A DNA stretch of 64,000 nucleotides from Cyanobacteriota bacterium (GTDB lineage Bacteria > Cyanobacteriota > Cyanobacteriia > PCC-6307 > Cyanobiaceae), in contig JBJOMY010000001.1 of the NCBI GenBank assembly GCA_046052125.1, positions 160,001-224,000 on the forward strand, in the 5' to 3' direction. This document shows positions 9,254-17,797 of this stretch, in pieces (positions within the stretch are counted from its first letter, which is position 1; each line of letters starts with the position of its first letter). The notes under the pieces were generated by a model. The model ran no database searches, had not been told where the DNA came from, and was given only the letters and a program-made list of their open reading frames with translations. The translations under genes were made by a program, and so were the position numbers.

Positions 9254-9402
9254 GTGCAATACGCCCTCACCCCTGAGTGCAAGTTGCCCTCACCCCTGAG
9301 GTCAATACGCCCTCACCCGTGGGTGCAAAACGTCTTCACCCGTGAGTGCAAGTTGCCCTCACCCAGTACGGGACTCGAGGCCGAGGTGAGGGCAACTTGC
9401 AC
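9254..9402. repeat. Iteron-like array: five tandem 23-bp direct repeats plus one inverted copy (candidate origin)
   Basis: Units start at 9254, 9277, 9300, 9323, 9346 (e.g. gtgcaagttgccctcacccctga); perfect 18-bp inverted copy at 9385-9402; AT-rich tract ~9205-9248. Confidence 0.85.
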
Positions 9403-9491
9403 CCACCTCACGGCAACCATTCAGGAACAACCGTCCGAGGCACCGCCATAACCCAGTTCGATCGGTCGGCGCAACCGTGGAAACCCGGGGA

Positions 9492-10451
9492 ATGCTCGCG
9501 GCAGTTGCGCCATTCCCCATGCCCCCTCGTCATGCTCCCGTTGCTTCCACCGTTCACACCTGGCTGAACACCAGCTCGGCCCATCGCCCCTTGTGCGAGC
9601 GCACGGTGATGGAACTCTCCCGCCGCATTCAGCGCTGGCAAACGCATCCCGATGGTCCGGCCCATGCCCCCAAACCCATCCGCCGCAGTGCCCTGCGGGC
9701 CCGGGAGCAGCTGGTGCGCCACAACCTCGGCCTGGTGGCTCTCACCTGGAATCGCCATCGGTGCAGCCTCCCGGCTCATGACGACACCACCGCCGATGCC
9801 CTGCAGGAAGGAGCACTGAATCTGATGCGCGCCGCCGAGAAATTTGATGCCAGCAAGGGCTATTGCTTCTCCACCTACGCCGTGTTCTGGGTGCGGCGCG
9901 GCTTTGCGGAGTTCGAGCAACGCTTTAAGCGCGCGATTCGTTTCCCGGCGGAGAAAGCAGCGGTGGTGATCAAGGCGCTGCGCCTCAGCCAGGAGCATCT
10001 AGCCAACACAGGGGCCGAGCCTGATCTGGAGTGGCTGGCAGCGCAGCTGACGTTCAAGCGCAAACCACTCAGCCCCGAGAAGTTGGCGGAGTTCATCCGT
10101 CAGTGGGAGGCCACCCGCACCGGTTCTCTGGAGAGCGCCAACGACCACCAAGACGGGCCCTGCAGCATCAATCGCCTGGATCAGGCCTCACTGCGCCAGG
10201 CAGAAGAACAACAACAAACAGAAACGGCCGATCCACAACACGCCGCCCTGCCGCAGTTGATGGACTGCCTGGAGGAGCGTGAATACCGCCTGATTCGCAA
10301 CCGTTACCTGCGCCGGCCGCCTCTGAGCCCCTCTCAGCTCAGCCGCTCCATGGGCGGCATGACACCGGAGCAACTCATGCAGCTGGAAGCACAGGCCCTC
10401 GAGAAGATGCGTTTGGCCGCCGATCAGCTCGGCGACGAGTTCGCGGCCTGA
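9492..10451 (+). CDS. Sigma-70 family RNA polymerase sigma factor (RpoD/group-2-like)
   Basis: 'EQLVRHNLGLV', 'DALQEGALNLMRAAEKFDASKGYCFSTYAVFWVR', region 4 'CLEEREYRLIRNRY...LEAQALEKMR'. Start uncertain. Confidence 0.88.
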   Translation: MLAAVAPFPMPPRHAPVASTVHTWLNTSSAHRPLCERTVMELSRRIQRWQTHPDGPAHAPKPIRRSALRAREQLVRHNLGLVALTWNRHRCSLPAHDDTTADALQEGALNLMRAAEKFDASKGYCFSTYAVFWVRRGFAEFEQRFKRAIRFPAEKAAVVIKALRLSQEHLANTGAEPDLEWLAAQLTFKRKPLSPEKLAEFIRQWEATRTGSLESANDHQDGPCSINRLDQASLRQAEEQQQTETADPQHAALPQLMDCLEEREYRLIRNRYLRRPPLSPSQLSRSMGGMTPEQLMQLEAQALEKMRLAADQLGDEFAA

Positions 10452-10571
10452 ATCATCACCAGCGCACTCAGCCCAACACAACGCCCAGGGGCAACTCACC
10501 TCTGAGCGTTTGTGCTGTTGTGGTGCAACTCGTCTGCGCGTTGCTACAGCGAGGAAGCGCCGATTCGCGGC

Positions 10572-11354
10572 ATGACACCCAACGAGATCCGCACCACGCT
10601 GCTCAGCCAGAAGCAGCGAGTTGCCGAGGCCTGCCAGGGCTGGACGGTGGTGAGCTGCAGTCCCGACAACGAACTCACGGCGATGGCGGCACTGCTGGTG
10701 CCCAACTGCAGCCTGGCCAGTGGATCCATTGCAGAACTGCTCGCGGAATTACCCCAGGAGCTCGAGCAGCTCTTGGTGATTTGCGATGACGCACTCCCCG
10801 ATGGGGGCGTGGTGGAGCTGATGCGCCAACTCAGAGAAGCCCGGCCTCAAGCCACCTGCCGGTTTCTGGTCTATCTCCCCAAAAGCACGGCCCAGCCAAG
10901 GCTCGAGCAACTGCTGGCCCATGGAGCCGATGCGCTCTGTTGCCGCAGCAGCGGCGGAAGTGGCGCGGTACTCAGCGCCTTAGTGCAAGCCCTCAATGGC
11001 ATGCAGAGCGTGGATGGAGCCTTCCGGCAACGCCTGAAACGATCACACCGTTGCACGGAACAGCCAGCGCTCAGCTCTAAGGAACTGGAGCTCATTCACC
11101 TACTGGCAAGGGGCCACAACGGCCCCCAGATCGCTGCCCTGCGGCGCAAGCGCTGCGACAGCATTCGCCATCAGCTCAGCCTGATCTACCGAAAGACTGG
11201 TGTGAAGGGGCAACGCGGACTGATCGCCTGGGCCCTCGCCCATGGTGTGATCAGGCCGCTGGATCTTGAGCCATCAGCTCCTGGACAGGAGCCAGGCGAA
11301 CAGCTCTCCGCGGCAGGTGGCAGGAAGCACCGGAACCAGCCAACACATCACTGA
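10572..11354 (+). CDS. Atypical NarL/LuxR-type response regulator
   Basis: Receiver-like 'LVICDDALPDGG' and LuxR HTH 'LSSKELELIHLLARGHNGPQIA...LIYRKTGVKGQRGLIAWA'. Confidence 0.8.
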   Translation: MTPNEIRTTLLSQKQRVAEACQGWTVVSCSPDNELTAMAALLVPNCSLASGSIAELLAELPQELEQLLVICDDALPDGGVVELMRQLREARPQATCRFLVYLPKSTAQPRLEQLLAHGADALCCRSSGGSGAVLSALVQALNGMQSVDGAFRQRLKRSHRCTEQPALSSKELELIHLLARGHNGPQIAALRRKRCDSIRHQLSLIYRKTGVKGQRGLIAWALAHGVIRPLDLEPSAPGQEPGEQLSAAGGRKHRNQPTHH

Positions 11355-11706
11355 GTCGTTCTGCGCCCAGGAGTGCATCGAGCTCAACGATCTGCACCGC
11401 CTCCCGCTGACGGGGCAGCCAACCGGCGAGCAAGCGCCGATCACCCAGGGGCAGTGGCTGGGGCAGCTCGAGCCGGTGGCCAAGGAACGGCAACCAACGC
11501 CCGATGCCATCGCTCTCGCGCCAGGGCTCAAAGCTGGCCACCTCCACCAGCTGCGTGAGGGTGGTTTCGCCGTAGCTGAGGGAGGTGAGATACATCACGT
11601 CCTTGAGTTGCTCGGCCTCGAGCGGCAGCGGCATCCAGAAGCCGCGGTCGGCGGCGTTCACGATGGCGTCACGGTGGTGGTGGGTGAGCAGAACCTTGGT
11701 GGTCAT
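11251..11706 (-). CDS. Hypothetical protein
   Basis: 151-aa ATG ORF with protein-like composition; convergent overlap with the regulator's 3' end. Confidence 0.6.
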   Translation of the reverse strand: MTTKVLLTHHHRDAIVNAADRGFWMPLPLEAEQLKDVMYLTSLSYGETTLTQLVEVASFEPWRESDGIGRWLPFLGHRLELPQPLPLGDRRLLAGWLPRQREAVQIVELDALLGAERLSDVLAGSGASCHLPRRAVRLAPVQELMAQDPAA

Positions 11707-11759
11707 GGCGGTGAGGAATCACTGCACCGTTTCTGGCTTTGAGGACCCCGCTGGCACCA

Positions 11760-11818
11760 CCCACAGATGTGGGCTCACCTACCCCACAGGTGTGGGATCA
11801 ACGCGCCACGGGTGTGGG
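11760..11818. promoter_or_regulatory. Three tandem palindromes CCCACA-N2-TGTGGG (operator-like)
   Basis: cccacagatgtggg 11760-73, cccacaggtgtggg 11783-96, gccacgggtgtggg 11805-18, between divergent genes. Confidence 0.7.
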
Positions 11819-11972
11819 CTTCTTCCCACGGCCAGGATCTCGGATTCGTAGTGCCGTTAGTGATTCCACGGCCGCCGTTAGGTACGGCTCGCCTCAATCC
11901 CTCACCCTTTCTTCCAGCACCAAACCGTCCAACGCAGCCCCAATCCCACCGAAAAGGGGGCTCTGCCCCCCC

Positions 11973-11988
11973 TCGGAACCCTTTGGGG
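11973..11988. promoter_or_regulatory. 16-bp motif TCGGAACCCTTWGRGG, copy 1
   Basis: tcggaaccctttgggg, 15 bp before ATG 12004. Confidence 0.6.
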
Positions 11989-12003
11989 AGTTGCCTGACA
12001 TTC

Positions 12004-12222
12004 ATGTCTGATGTTGTTCGTGCTGGAGCCATCGGCGCTCTGATGGCGGTGGCCGTGCAGGCGTGTGGGCCGACACCGATTGGAGCGGTGATGCGCGCGG
12101 CGGTTGAGGTTCCGGTTTATGCCGCCAAATCGATCGCGGCAACGAGGATTCAGAGCAACGCCGGTAGCCTCCCGCACCTGCAAAACACTGCATGCCAAGA
12201 TGCTGCCTGCGGCGGCCGATGA
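12004..12222 (+). CDS. Small hypothetical, possibly lipoprotein
   Basis: Hydrophobic N-terminus ending 'AVQAC'; its stop overlaps the next ATG (ATGA). Confidence 0.5.
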   Translation: MSDVVRAGAIGALMAVAVQACGPTPIGAVMRAAVEVPVYAAKSIAATRIQSNAGSLPHLQNTACQDAACGGR

Positions 12223-12632
12223 CGAGTGCTCAGCGGGCGTTTGCCTGCGAGCACCTGGGCCTGGCGCATCAACAGGCGCACCGCTTTGCCCGCCGTTGGT
12301 CGATGGCGGTTGATGACTTGATCGGCCCTGCCTACGAGGGCCTGTGCAAAGGAGCGATTGGCTTTGATCCAACGCTGGGTCATCGCCCGTCCAGCTATCT
12401 CGTCCCGAAGGTGAAGGGCGAATTGCTGCACCACCTGCGCGATACGGGCTTCTCGCTGCGCATCAGCCACCGGCTGCGGGAGCTGTGGATCAAAGCCCGC
12501 AGATACGTCGCTCAGGGATTAACCGATCAGCAGATCTCAGAAGCGCTCGAAGTACCGCTGGAGCGCTGGCTGGATTGTCGCCGCGCCTGCGGACAACGGC
12601 CACTGCCATTGCACGAAGTCGAGCGCGATTGA
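12219..12632 (+). CDS. Short SigF/SigB-like sigma factor lacking canonical region 4
   Basis: 'DDLIGPAYEGLCKGAIGFDP...YLVPKVKGELLHHLRD...RISHRLRE' aligns by eye with host sigma 43349-44080; only 137 aa. Confidence 0.8.
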   Translation: MTSAQRAFACEHLGLAHQQAHRFARRWSMAVDDLIGPAYEGLCKGAIGFDPTLGHRPSSYLVPKVKGELLHHLRDTGFSLRISHRLRELWIKARRYVAQGLTDQQISEALEVPLERWLDCRRACGQRPLPLHEVERD

Positions 12633-12653
12633 GCGCAGACGGTGTTGTCCATG

Positions 12654-12669
12654 TCGGAACCCTTAGGGG
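12654..12669. promoter_or_regulatory. 16-bp motif TCGGAACCCTTWGRGG, copy 2
   Basis: tcggaacccttagggg upstream of the phosphoesterase operon. Confidence 0.6.
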
Positions 12670-12733
12670 TCCAAACAATCACCGCCCAGTTTTCACAGGC
12701 ACCGCCAGTAGCCTCCCGCACCTGCACTGTTTT

Positions 12734-13906
12734 ATGGGTTCAGCCAAACACCGCCAGCCACCATCCCGCCATCTCCCCGGCCGGGGGCACGTACCGGCTA
12801 CGAACAACGACCAAGACCGCGAACTGCTGCAGTTCAATGTGCGTCTGGCGAAGGCCCGCCAGGCCCAGGCCGACACCAACCGGATTGAGCGCAAGGCCTT
12901 CCGCGAGCACGCCCGCGTGGAGAACGCCGTTGCCGCCTACACCCGCGAGCTGTGTTCCCTCCTGGATCAGCGCGGCTTTACCCGAGGCGTCACCCTCAGC
13001 CGGATCCCGGAGGGTGGTGATTCGGTGTTGATCGTGCAGCTCAGTGATCTGCACTTTAACGAGCGTGTTGAACTCCCCTCGAACCGCTACGACTTCACCG
13101 TTGCCTCGCAACGGTTGCGCAAGCTCGCTCAGCGCGTGAAGCAACTGGGGCAGAGCTACGGCGCCCGCAAGGTGGTGGTGGCCTGTCTGGGGGATTTCCT
13201 CAACAGCGATCGCCGCCTCGATGAGCTGCTCAGCAACAGCACCAATCGCTCGCAAGCCACGCTTCTGGCAGTGGACATCATGAGAGCGTTTCTGCTTGAT
13301 CTGCGGGAGCAGTTTGAGGTTGAGGTCTACGGCATCACCGGTAATGAAAGCCGCGTGAACAAAGAGCTCGGCTGGAGCGATGAACTCGCCACCGACAGCT
13401 ACGACCTGATGATCTACGAGATCCTCAAGCGCGGCTTTGCCGGCACAGGTGGCATCGCCTTCTGCGGCTTCCGGGCCAATGAACTGCTCTTTGAGGTGAT
13501 GGGCCGCACCTTCCTGTGTCTGCACGGCCACCAAATCGGCTCGAAGGTGCAGAAGTCGGTGCAGGAAATCGCCGGGAAGTACGCCGCCCAGGGCATCACG
13601 GTGGACTACACCCTTTTTGGCCACCTGCACGCCAGCGAAGTGGGCGACTACCACGCCCGTAATGCCTCCCTGGTGGGCAGCAACGCCTACTCAGAAGCAG
13701 GGCTCAACTTCTGCAGCAAGGCCGCTCAGAACGTCCACATCGTCTCTGGCGCCAAGGGGGCCGGAACGATTGATGGGCTCAAGGTCGACCTACAGGACGT
13801 GAGCGGCATCGAGCCCTACGCGTTCAACCGCGAATGGGAGGCCTACAGCCCCAAGAGCGAACGCAAACTCCACACCACCTCTGTCGTTTATCAGGTTGTT
13901 GTCTGA
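12734..13906 (+). CDS. Calcineurin-like metallophosphoesterase with N-terminal coiled coil
   Basis: Motifs 'SDLHF', 'GDFLN', 'GNE', 'LHGH', 'GHLH'. Confidence 0.85.
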   Translation: MGSAKHRQPPSRHLPGRGHVPATNNDQDRELLQFNVRLAKARQAQADTNRIERKAFREHARVENAVAAYTRELCSLLDQRGFTRGVTLSRIPEGGDSVLIVQLSDLHFNERVELPSNRYDFTVASQRLRKLAQRVKQLGQSYGARKVVVACLGDFLNSDRRLDELLSNSTNRSQATLLAVDIMRAFLLDLREQFEVEVYGITGNESRVNKELGWSDELATDSYDLMIYEILKRGFAGTGGIAFCGFRANELLFEVMGRTFLCLHGHQIGSKVQKSVQEIAGKYAAQGITVDYTLFGHLHASEVGDYHARNASLVGSNAYSEAGLNFCSKAAQNVHIVSGAKGAGTIDGLKVDLQDVSGIEPYAFNREWEAYSPKSERKLHTTSVVYQVVV

Positions 13907-14268
13907 TGTGTCTTTCCACTCCCAGCTGCAGCGCCCAGCAGAGCGCTGAGATCCAAACCGCGCTGCTCCAAGCGATTACTGGGCTCACTCAACTGGTGAG
14001 TCAGCTGGCGACGCAGTTCCCCACCAAACCAGCCGCCGCGGATGCAGAGCCCTGGATGGAAGAGCGCGAACCCGAAGTGGCTCAAAGCACGGCCGCGACC
14101 TGCACGCCCAACCTCACCACCCTCTGGGATGAGCTCTCGGTGAAAGAACTGCGGTCCTTCCTGCGCAGCTTCCCGATTGATCGCAGTTCCCTGCCCGCCG
14201 CCATCGAGCGCCTACGCCGCTCCGAGCTGATCGAAGCCCTCAACCAAATCCAAGCCCTGGACCGCTGA
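13906..14268 (+). CDS. Hypothetical protein with C-terminal Rho_N/HeH-like motif
   Basis: TGATG coupling; 'LSVKELRSFLR...RLRRSELIEAL'. Confidence 0.6.
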   Translation: MCLSTPSCSAQQSAEIQTALLQAITGLTQLVSQLATQFPTKPAAADAEPWMEEREPEVAQSTAATCTPNLTTLWDELSVKELRSFLRSFPIDRSSLPAAIERLRRSELIEALNQIQALDR

Positions 14269-14311
14269 GGCGCCAGCCGCCTTGGCACAGCAAACCCAAT
14301 CACTCCCGCCT

Positions 14312-14788
14312 ATGACCACAACCGTCACCACCACCAATCCCACCGCCCTTGGCGAACCCACCCCCGGATCCCCGGAAGCCCTTTTGCTCCTGGCCAACGC
14401 TGGAGTGCTCCCCGCCAGTGCCGGCACAGAAGACCCACGCTTCTCCGCTGACGCCATCACAAGCTGCGTCTCCCGCCTGCTCGAGGTGAAGCAACAACAG
14501 GAGCTGCTGGCCAATGAGCAGAAGGAACTGAACGAACAGCTGCGCCTCGCTCACCTACGCGGTGATCTGCTGTCCCTCCTGCATGCCGGTAAAGACGGCA
14601 ACGGCTACCAGATCACTCCGGATCTCGTACTCAACCGGCGCCCTGGCCGTAAGCAGTGGACCTATTCGATCGACTGCAAAGAGATCGAATGCCAGCTCAA
14701 GTCACGCCAGAGCTATGAGCAGCAGAGCGGTGTGGCCAGCTACAGCGTGGGTGCGGCGTTCTGGGAGGTGCGGACTGGGAAGGGCTGA
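14312..14788 (+). CDS. Hypothetical (phage-like) protein
   Basis: 158-aa ORF with coiled-coil segment, same orientation as the operon. Confidence 0.65.
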   Translation: MTTTVTTTNPTALGEPTPGSPEALLLLANAGVLPASAGTEDPRFSADAITSCVSRLLEVKQQQELLANEQKELNEQLRLAHLRGDLLSLLHAGKDGNGYQITPDLVLNRRPGRKQWTYSIDCKEIECQLKSRQSYEQQSGVASYSVGAAFWEVRTGKG

Positions 14789-14817
14789 CGCCCGCTGAAG
14801 AAGGAATCAACGAGCAT

Positions 14818-14844
14818 CCCTGGGTCACGGCCCGGGGCTTTTTG
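14818..14844 (+). terminator. Probable intrinsic terminator
   Basis: ccctggg-tcacgg-cccgggg followed by cttttt. Confidence 0.45.
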
Positions 14845-14915
14845 CTGCAAGCCAACAGCGAGAGGTCGTTGATGACCTGGTCGATGGCTACGACCCGGAA
14901 AGCAACTCAATTGCA

Positions 14916-15077
14916 ATGGGCCTGCTCTACGAACTGATCGTCGACACCGAGGCCGGTACCACCACCGTTCAACTCGAAGCCAACAGCAAGCAAGAAGCTC
15001 TCGAGAGTGCTCAGGAGCTTTATCCCGGTTGCCGATTGGCGCTGGTGAGCCCGGAGCCGGGAGAGCAGAAGGGCTGA
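14916..15077 (+). CDS. Small hypothetical protein (53 aa)
   Basis: MGLLYELIVDTEAGTTTVQLEANSKQEALESAQELYPGCRLALVSPEPGEQKG; below the ORF-track cutoff. Confidence 0.55.
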   Translation: MGLLYELIVDTEAGTTTVQLEANSKQEALESAQELYPGCRLALVSPEPGEQKG

Positions 15078-15197
15078 GCAATCACCGCCCAACCAAAACC
15101 CCCCGAGCAGAGCCCGAGGGTGATGGATCAATCACGCTGCAAGTCCATGGACTGAAGCGGCTGGCGTTGGCGCCTGGGGTCACGTCACCTCAGCGAG

Positions 15198-16289
15198 CTA
15201 AGGCCCATCCCTGGTGAAACAACGACTCACAAAGGGGGATGTCATGGCTCGCAACAGGGCGCTGTAGCTGAGCTGGTAGCGCTGTTCATCACCTACCTGT
15301 GGCTTCACGCCCAGGCATCCCACGACCAGATGATCACTGGAGGCGCCGCGGATAACGACACCATTTGGTGGGCTTAACCCTTGTGGATCAACATCTTGTT
15401 CACCCAGCGCTAGCAGCACTCGATATTCAGAACCTGGCGCGGTTGAGGTTGGCTGTGGCTCTGGCTTTGGGATTGCTGAGGCAAAGCTTGTGCGTTGGCG
15501 CTCTCCCCAGGGTTGGCTTGGTTTCAACTTGGCCTCGATCACTTCAGCCACCAACGTGATGGCATTGGTGAATAGGCCAGGGATAGCTGTGCGCCTCAGG
15601 GGCTCTCGGCCGAGCAGTAGGGCCTCCCCCAAGCGCAAGTGATTGAGGCGCCCGGGCTCTCCTCCGGCGGCCAACCAGGGCAAATTTGCAGAATTCCCGC
15701 CAGAGCACCAAGGCAAACGCACACCAAAGCGACGCTCCAAGGCGTTCGTAAGCCGTGAGAGCTCAGCCATGTTCAGCGCATCGGGGACAACCCCGTGCTG
15801 ACAGCCCAGATTGGCGCCGATTCCCATCAAGCGCAGATTGGGGAGGGCCAGGGTTTGTTGCGCCAGCGCCTCGAGATCCATTGCCAGGATTCCTTCACGC
15901 AAGTCGCCCAGCTCCACCATCAACAACACCCCATGGCAAATTCCTTGCCGCTGGGCCGCTGCAGACAATGCCCGCAACACACTCAGTTCGCTGTTGCAGC
16001 TGATGGCTGCGTGGGTAACCACGCGTTCAACCTGAGTGAGCATTGGGGAGCGAATCAAGAGCATGGGTACGCCAACCCCAGCCGCTGCAAGGGCTTCGAT
16101 GCTCTCGATTCGGGATTCACCGATCGAGGCCACCCCGGCATCCACCCAGGTGTGCACGATTTCGGGAAGGCCCAGCGTCGCCTTGCTCACACCCGTCACG
16201 GCAATCCCCTGCAGGGCCAGACGTCCCACAAGGGTTTTGGCGTTGTGGTGCAGTCGCCCGAGGTGGATCTCGAGCCGCGGTGCACTCAC
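15198..16289 (-). CDS. Alanine/ornithine racemase-family PLP-dependent enzyme
   Basis: 'GVSKA' PLP lysine, 'MVELGDLREG', 'SGGNS', 'LRLGEALLLG', 'GASSDHL'. Confidence 0.9.
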   Translation of the reverse strand: MSAPRLEIHLGRLHHNAKTLVGRLALQGIAVTGVSKATLGLPEIVHTWVDAGVASIGESRIESIEALAAAGVGVPMLLIRSPMLTQVERVVTHAAISCNSELSVLRALSAAAQRQGICHGVLLMVELGDLREGILAMDLEALAQQTLALPNLRLMGIGANLGCQHGVVPDALNMAELSRLTNALERRFGVRLPWCSGGNSANLPWLAAGGEPGRLNHLRLGEALLLGREPLRRTAIPGLFTNAITLVAEVIEAKLKPSQPWGERQRTSFASAIPKPEPQPTSTAPGSEYRVLLALGEQDVDPQGLSPPNGVVIRGASSDHLVVGCLGVKPQVGDEQRYQLSYSALLRAMTSPFVSRCFTRDGP

Positions 16290-17431
16290 GTGCTCAGGAG
16301 TCGTTCAACGCTGAGTTCCGGGAAGGCACGCACCACCATCGCCACCAGGCTTGATCCGGGGCGGCTGACTGCATCGGTGACCGGAATGTCGAGCTCGGCC
16401 TCGTAGAGGGCGATGGCAGCCGTGAGCTCAGCATCATTCATCCCTTCATGGTTGATGGTCAGACCGATCACACGGGTGGGCGCAAAGGCCTCAATGAGCC
16501 GAATTTCACTGGCTGGCGAGGGCATCGGCAGAAAGGGAAAATCACTGAGACAGCGTCGAGCCGGCGCATGCTGCAGGATCACGGCCTGCGGCTGGCAGCC
16601 GCGCAGGATGAAACTTGAGGAGAGATAGGCGGGGTGGCTGAGGGCACCCTGGCCTTCGATCACGATCACGTCGGGCTGCTCACTCTCGTAGGCCTCCACA
16701 ACCGCCGCCTCAACTTCGCCAGAGCAAAACTGCGATGGGATGGCATCCAGGGGAACGCCAAAGCGCCCACCCTGGATCAGCCCTGTCTGGCCTGTGTTCA
16801 CAAGCACCGCCTTGATGCCGTGGGCCTGAAGCGCCTGCACCAGCAGGGTTGCAGTGGTTCGTTTCCCGATCGCTCCATCAGTACCCAGCACAGCGATGCG
16901 CAGGCAGCGCGCCCGGCTGATTGATCCATCGAACAGCTTCAGATCCTTGAGGGGGGCCGGTCGTCGCACATCGCGGATCGTGACCTGATGGCGGGCAGCC
17001 ACTGCCAAGAATTCCGGATCGTCAGTCAGAAATTCGCGCATGCCACTCACGAGATTGAGGCCTGCGGCCATCGCATGTCGCAACACCTGCCGGTCCTCCA
17101 CACGGAAGAGACCATCGGCAGGGGCCATCCCGTAAATGAAGGTGTCTGGAACGGCGCCGGGCAGATCTTTGCCTTCTTCCAGGCTACAGACAATTGGAAT
17201 GCCCCTGAATACGCCATCAAGCACCATGCCGGCATCCATACCGGCGCACTCACTGTCAATCACAGCGCTGATTGTGTAGGCCTCACAGTGACGAACCAAC
17301 CCGTGAGCTGTTTTACCGTCGGGACCAGCGAAATGACCTTCGCAGTAAACAATGGCCGTTGATCGCACGGTTGGAATCAACCGGTGCATGGCGGCGGAAT
17401 TCAGATCAATGATCTGAGTTGGAAATGACAA
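16286..17431 (-). CDS. DUF1611 family protein (DgcN-like)
   Basis: 'GKTAHGL', 'GTDGAIGKRTT', 'TGQTG', 'IEGQGALSHP'; start may be the ATG at 17389. Confidence 0.9.
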   Translation of the reverse strand: MSFPTQIIDLNSAAMHRLIPTVRSTAIVYCEGHFAGPDGKTAHGLVRHCEAYTISAVIDSECAGMDAGMVLDGVFRGIPIVCSLEEGKDLPGAVPDTFIYGMAPADGLFRVEDRQVLRHAMAAGLNLVSGMREFLTDDPEFLAVAARHQVTIRDVRRPAPLKDLKLFDGSISRARCLRIAVLGTDGAIGKRTTATLLVQALQAHGIKAVLVNTGQTGLIQGGRFGVPLDAIPSQFCSGEVEAAVVEAYESEQPDVIVIEGQGALSHPAYLSSSFILRGCQPQAVILQHAPARRCLSDFPFLPMPSPASEIRLIEAFAPTRVIGLTINHEGMNDAELTAAIALYEAELDIPVTDAVSRPGSSLVAMVVRAFPELSVERLLST

Positions 17432-17797
17432 AAAAGCCAGGCCAATCCCGCAGCACAGTTGTGGCGGCTGGGTGACATGGGTGCCTTCACTCTAGGCAGG
17501 GTTGGCCACAGAAGGGGGTGTCGATCAGTCAGGCGCACGAGGTGAGAACAAGCTGAAGGGCTGATCTCTTGCCCCGCTGAACGACCCCGCCCACGGTTGA
17601 GTGAAGACTGTTGGAGCAGGGGCCTGCAGTCAGCGGTGCTTCTAGATCTGCTGCTGGGGTGGGGTATCTGCCATGGGTGGCGCCTCCCTGGGTTGGTGAT
17701 CACAGATTCGCTCCGGCCAGTGCGCTGAGCAATCCGTTTTTTCACGCATTGCCTTGCCCGCAGAACAGGAGCAGCGTGGTTGGTTTGGCCTTGTTGT

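Noticed and set aside
9254..9368. CRISPR array
   Set aside because: The 23-bp units are contiguous with no unique spacers and no cas genes are present; this fits iterons.
17432..17797. Riboswitch/attenuator upstream of DUF1611
   Set aside because: Only a weak hairpin plus T-run; no recognisable aptamer consensus.
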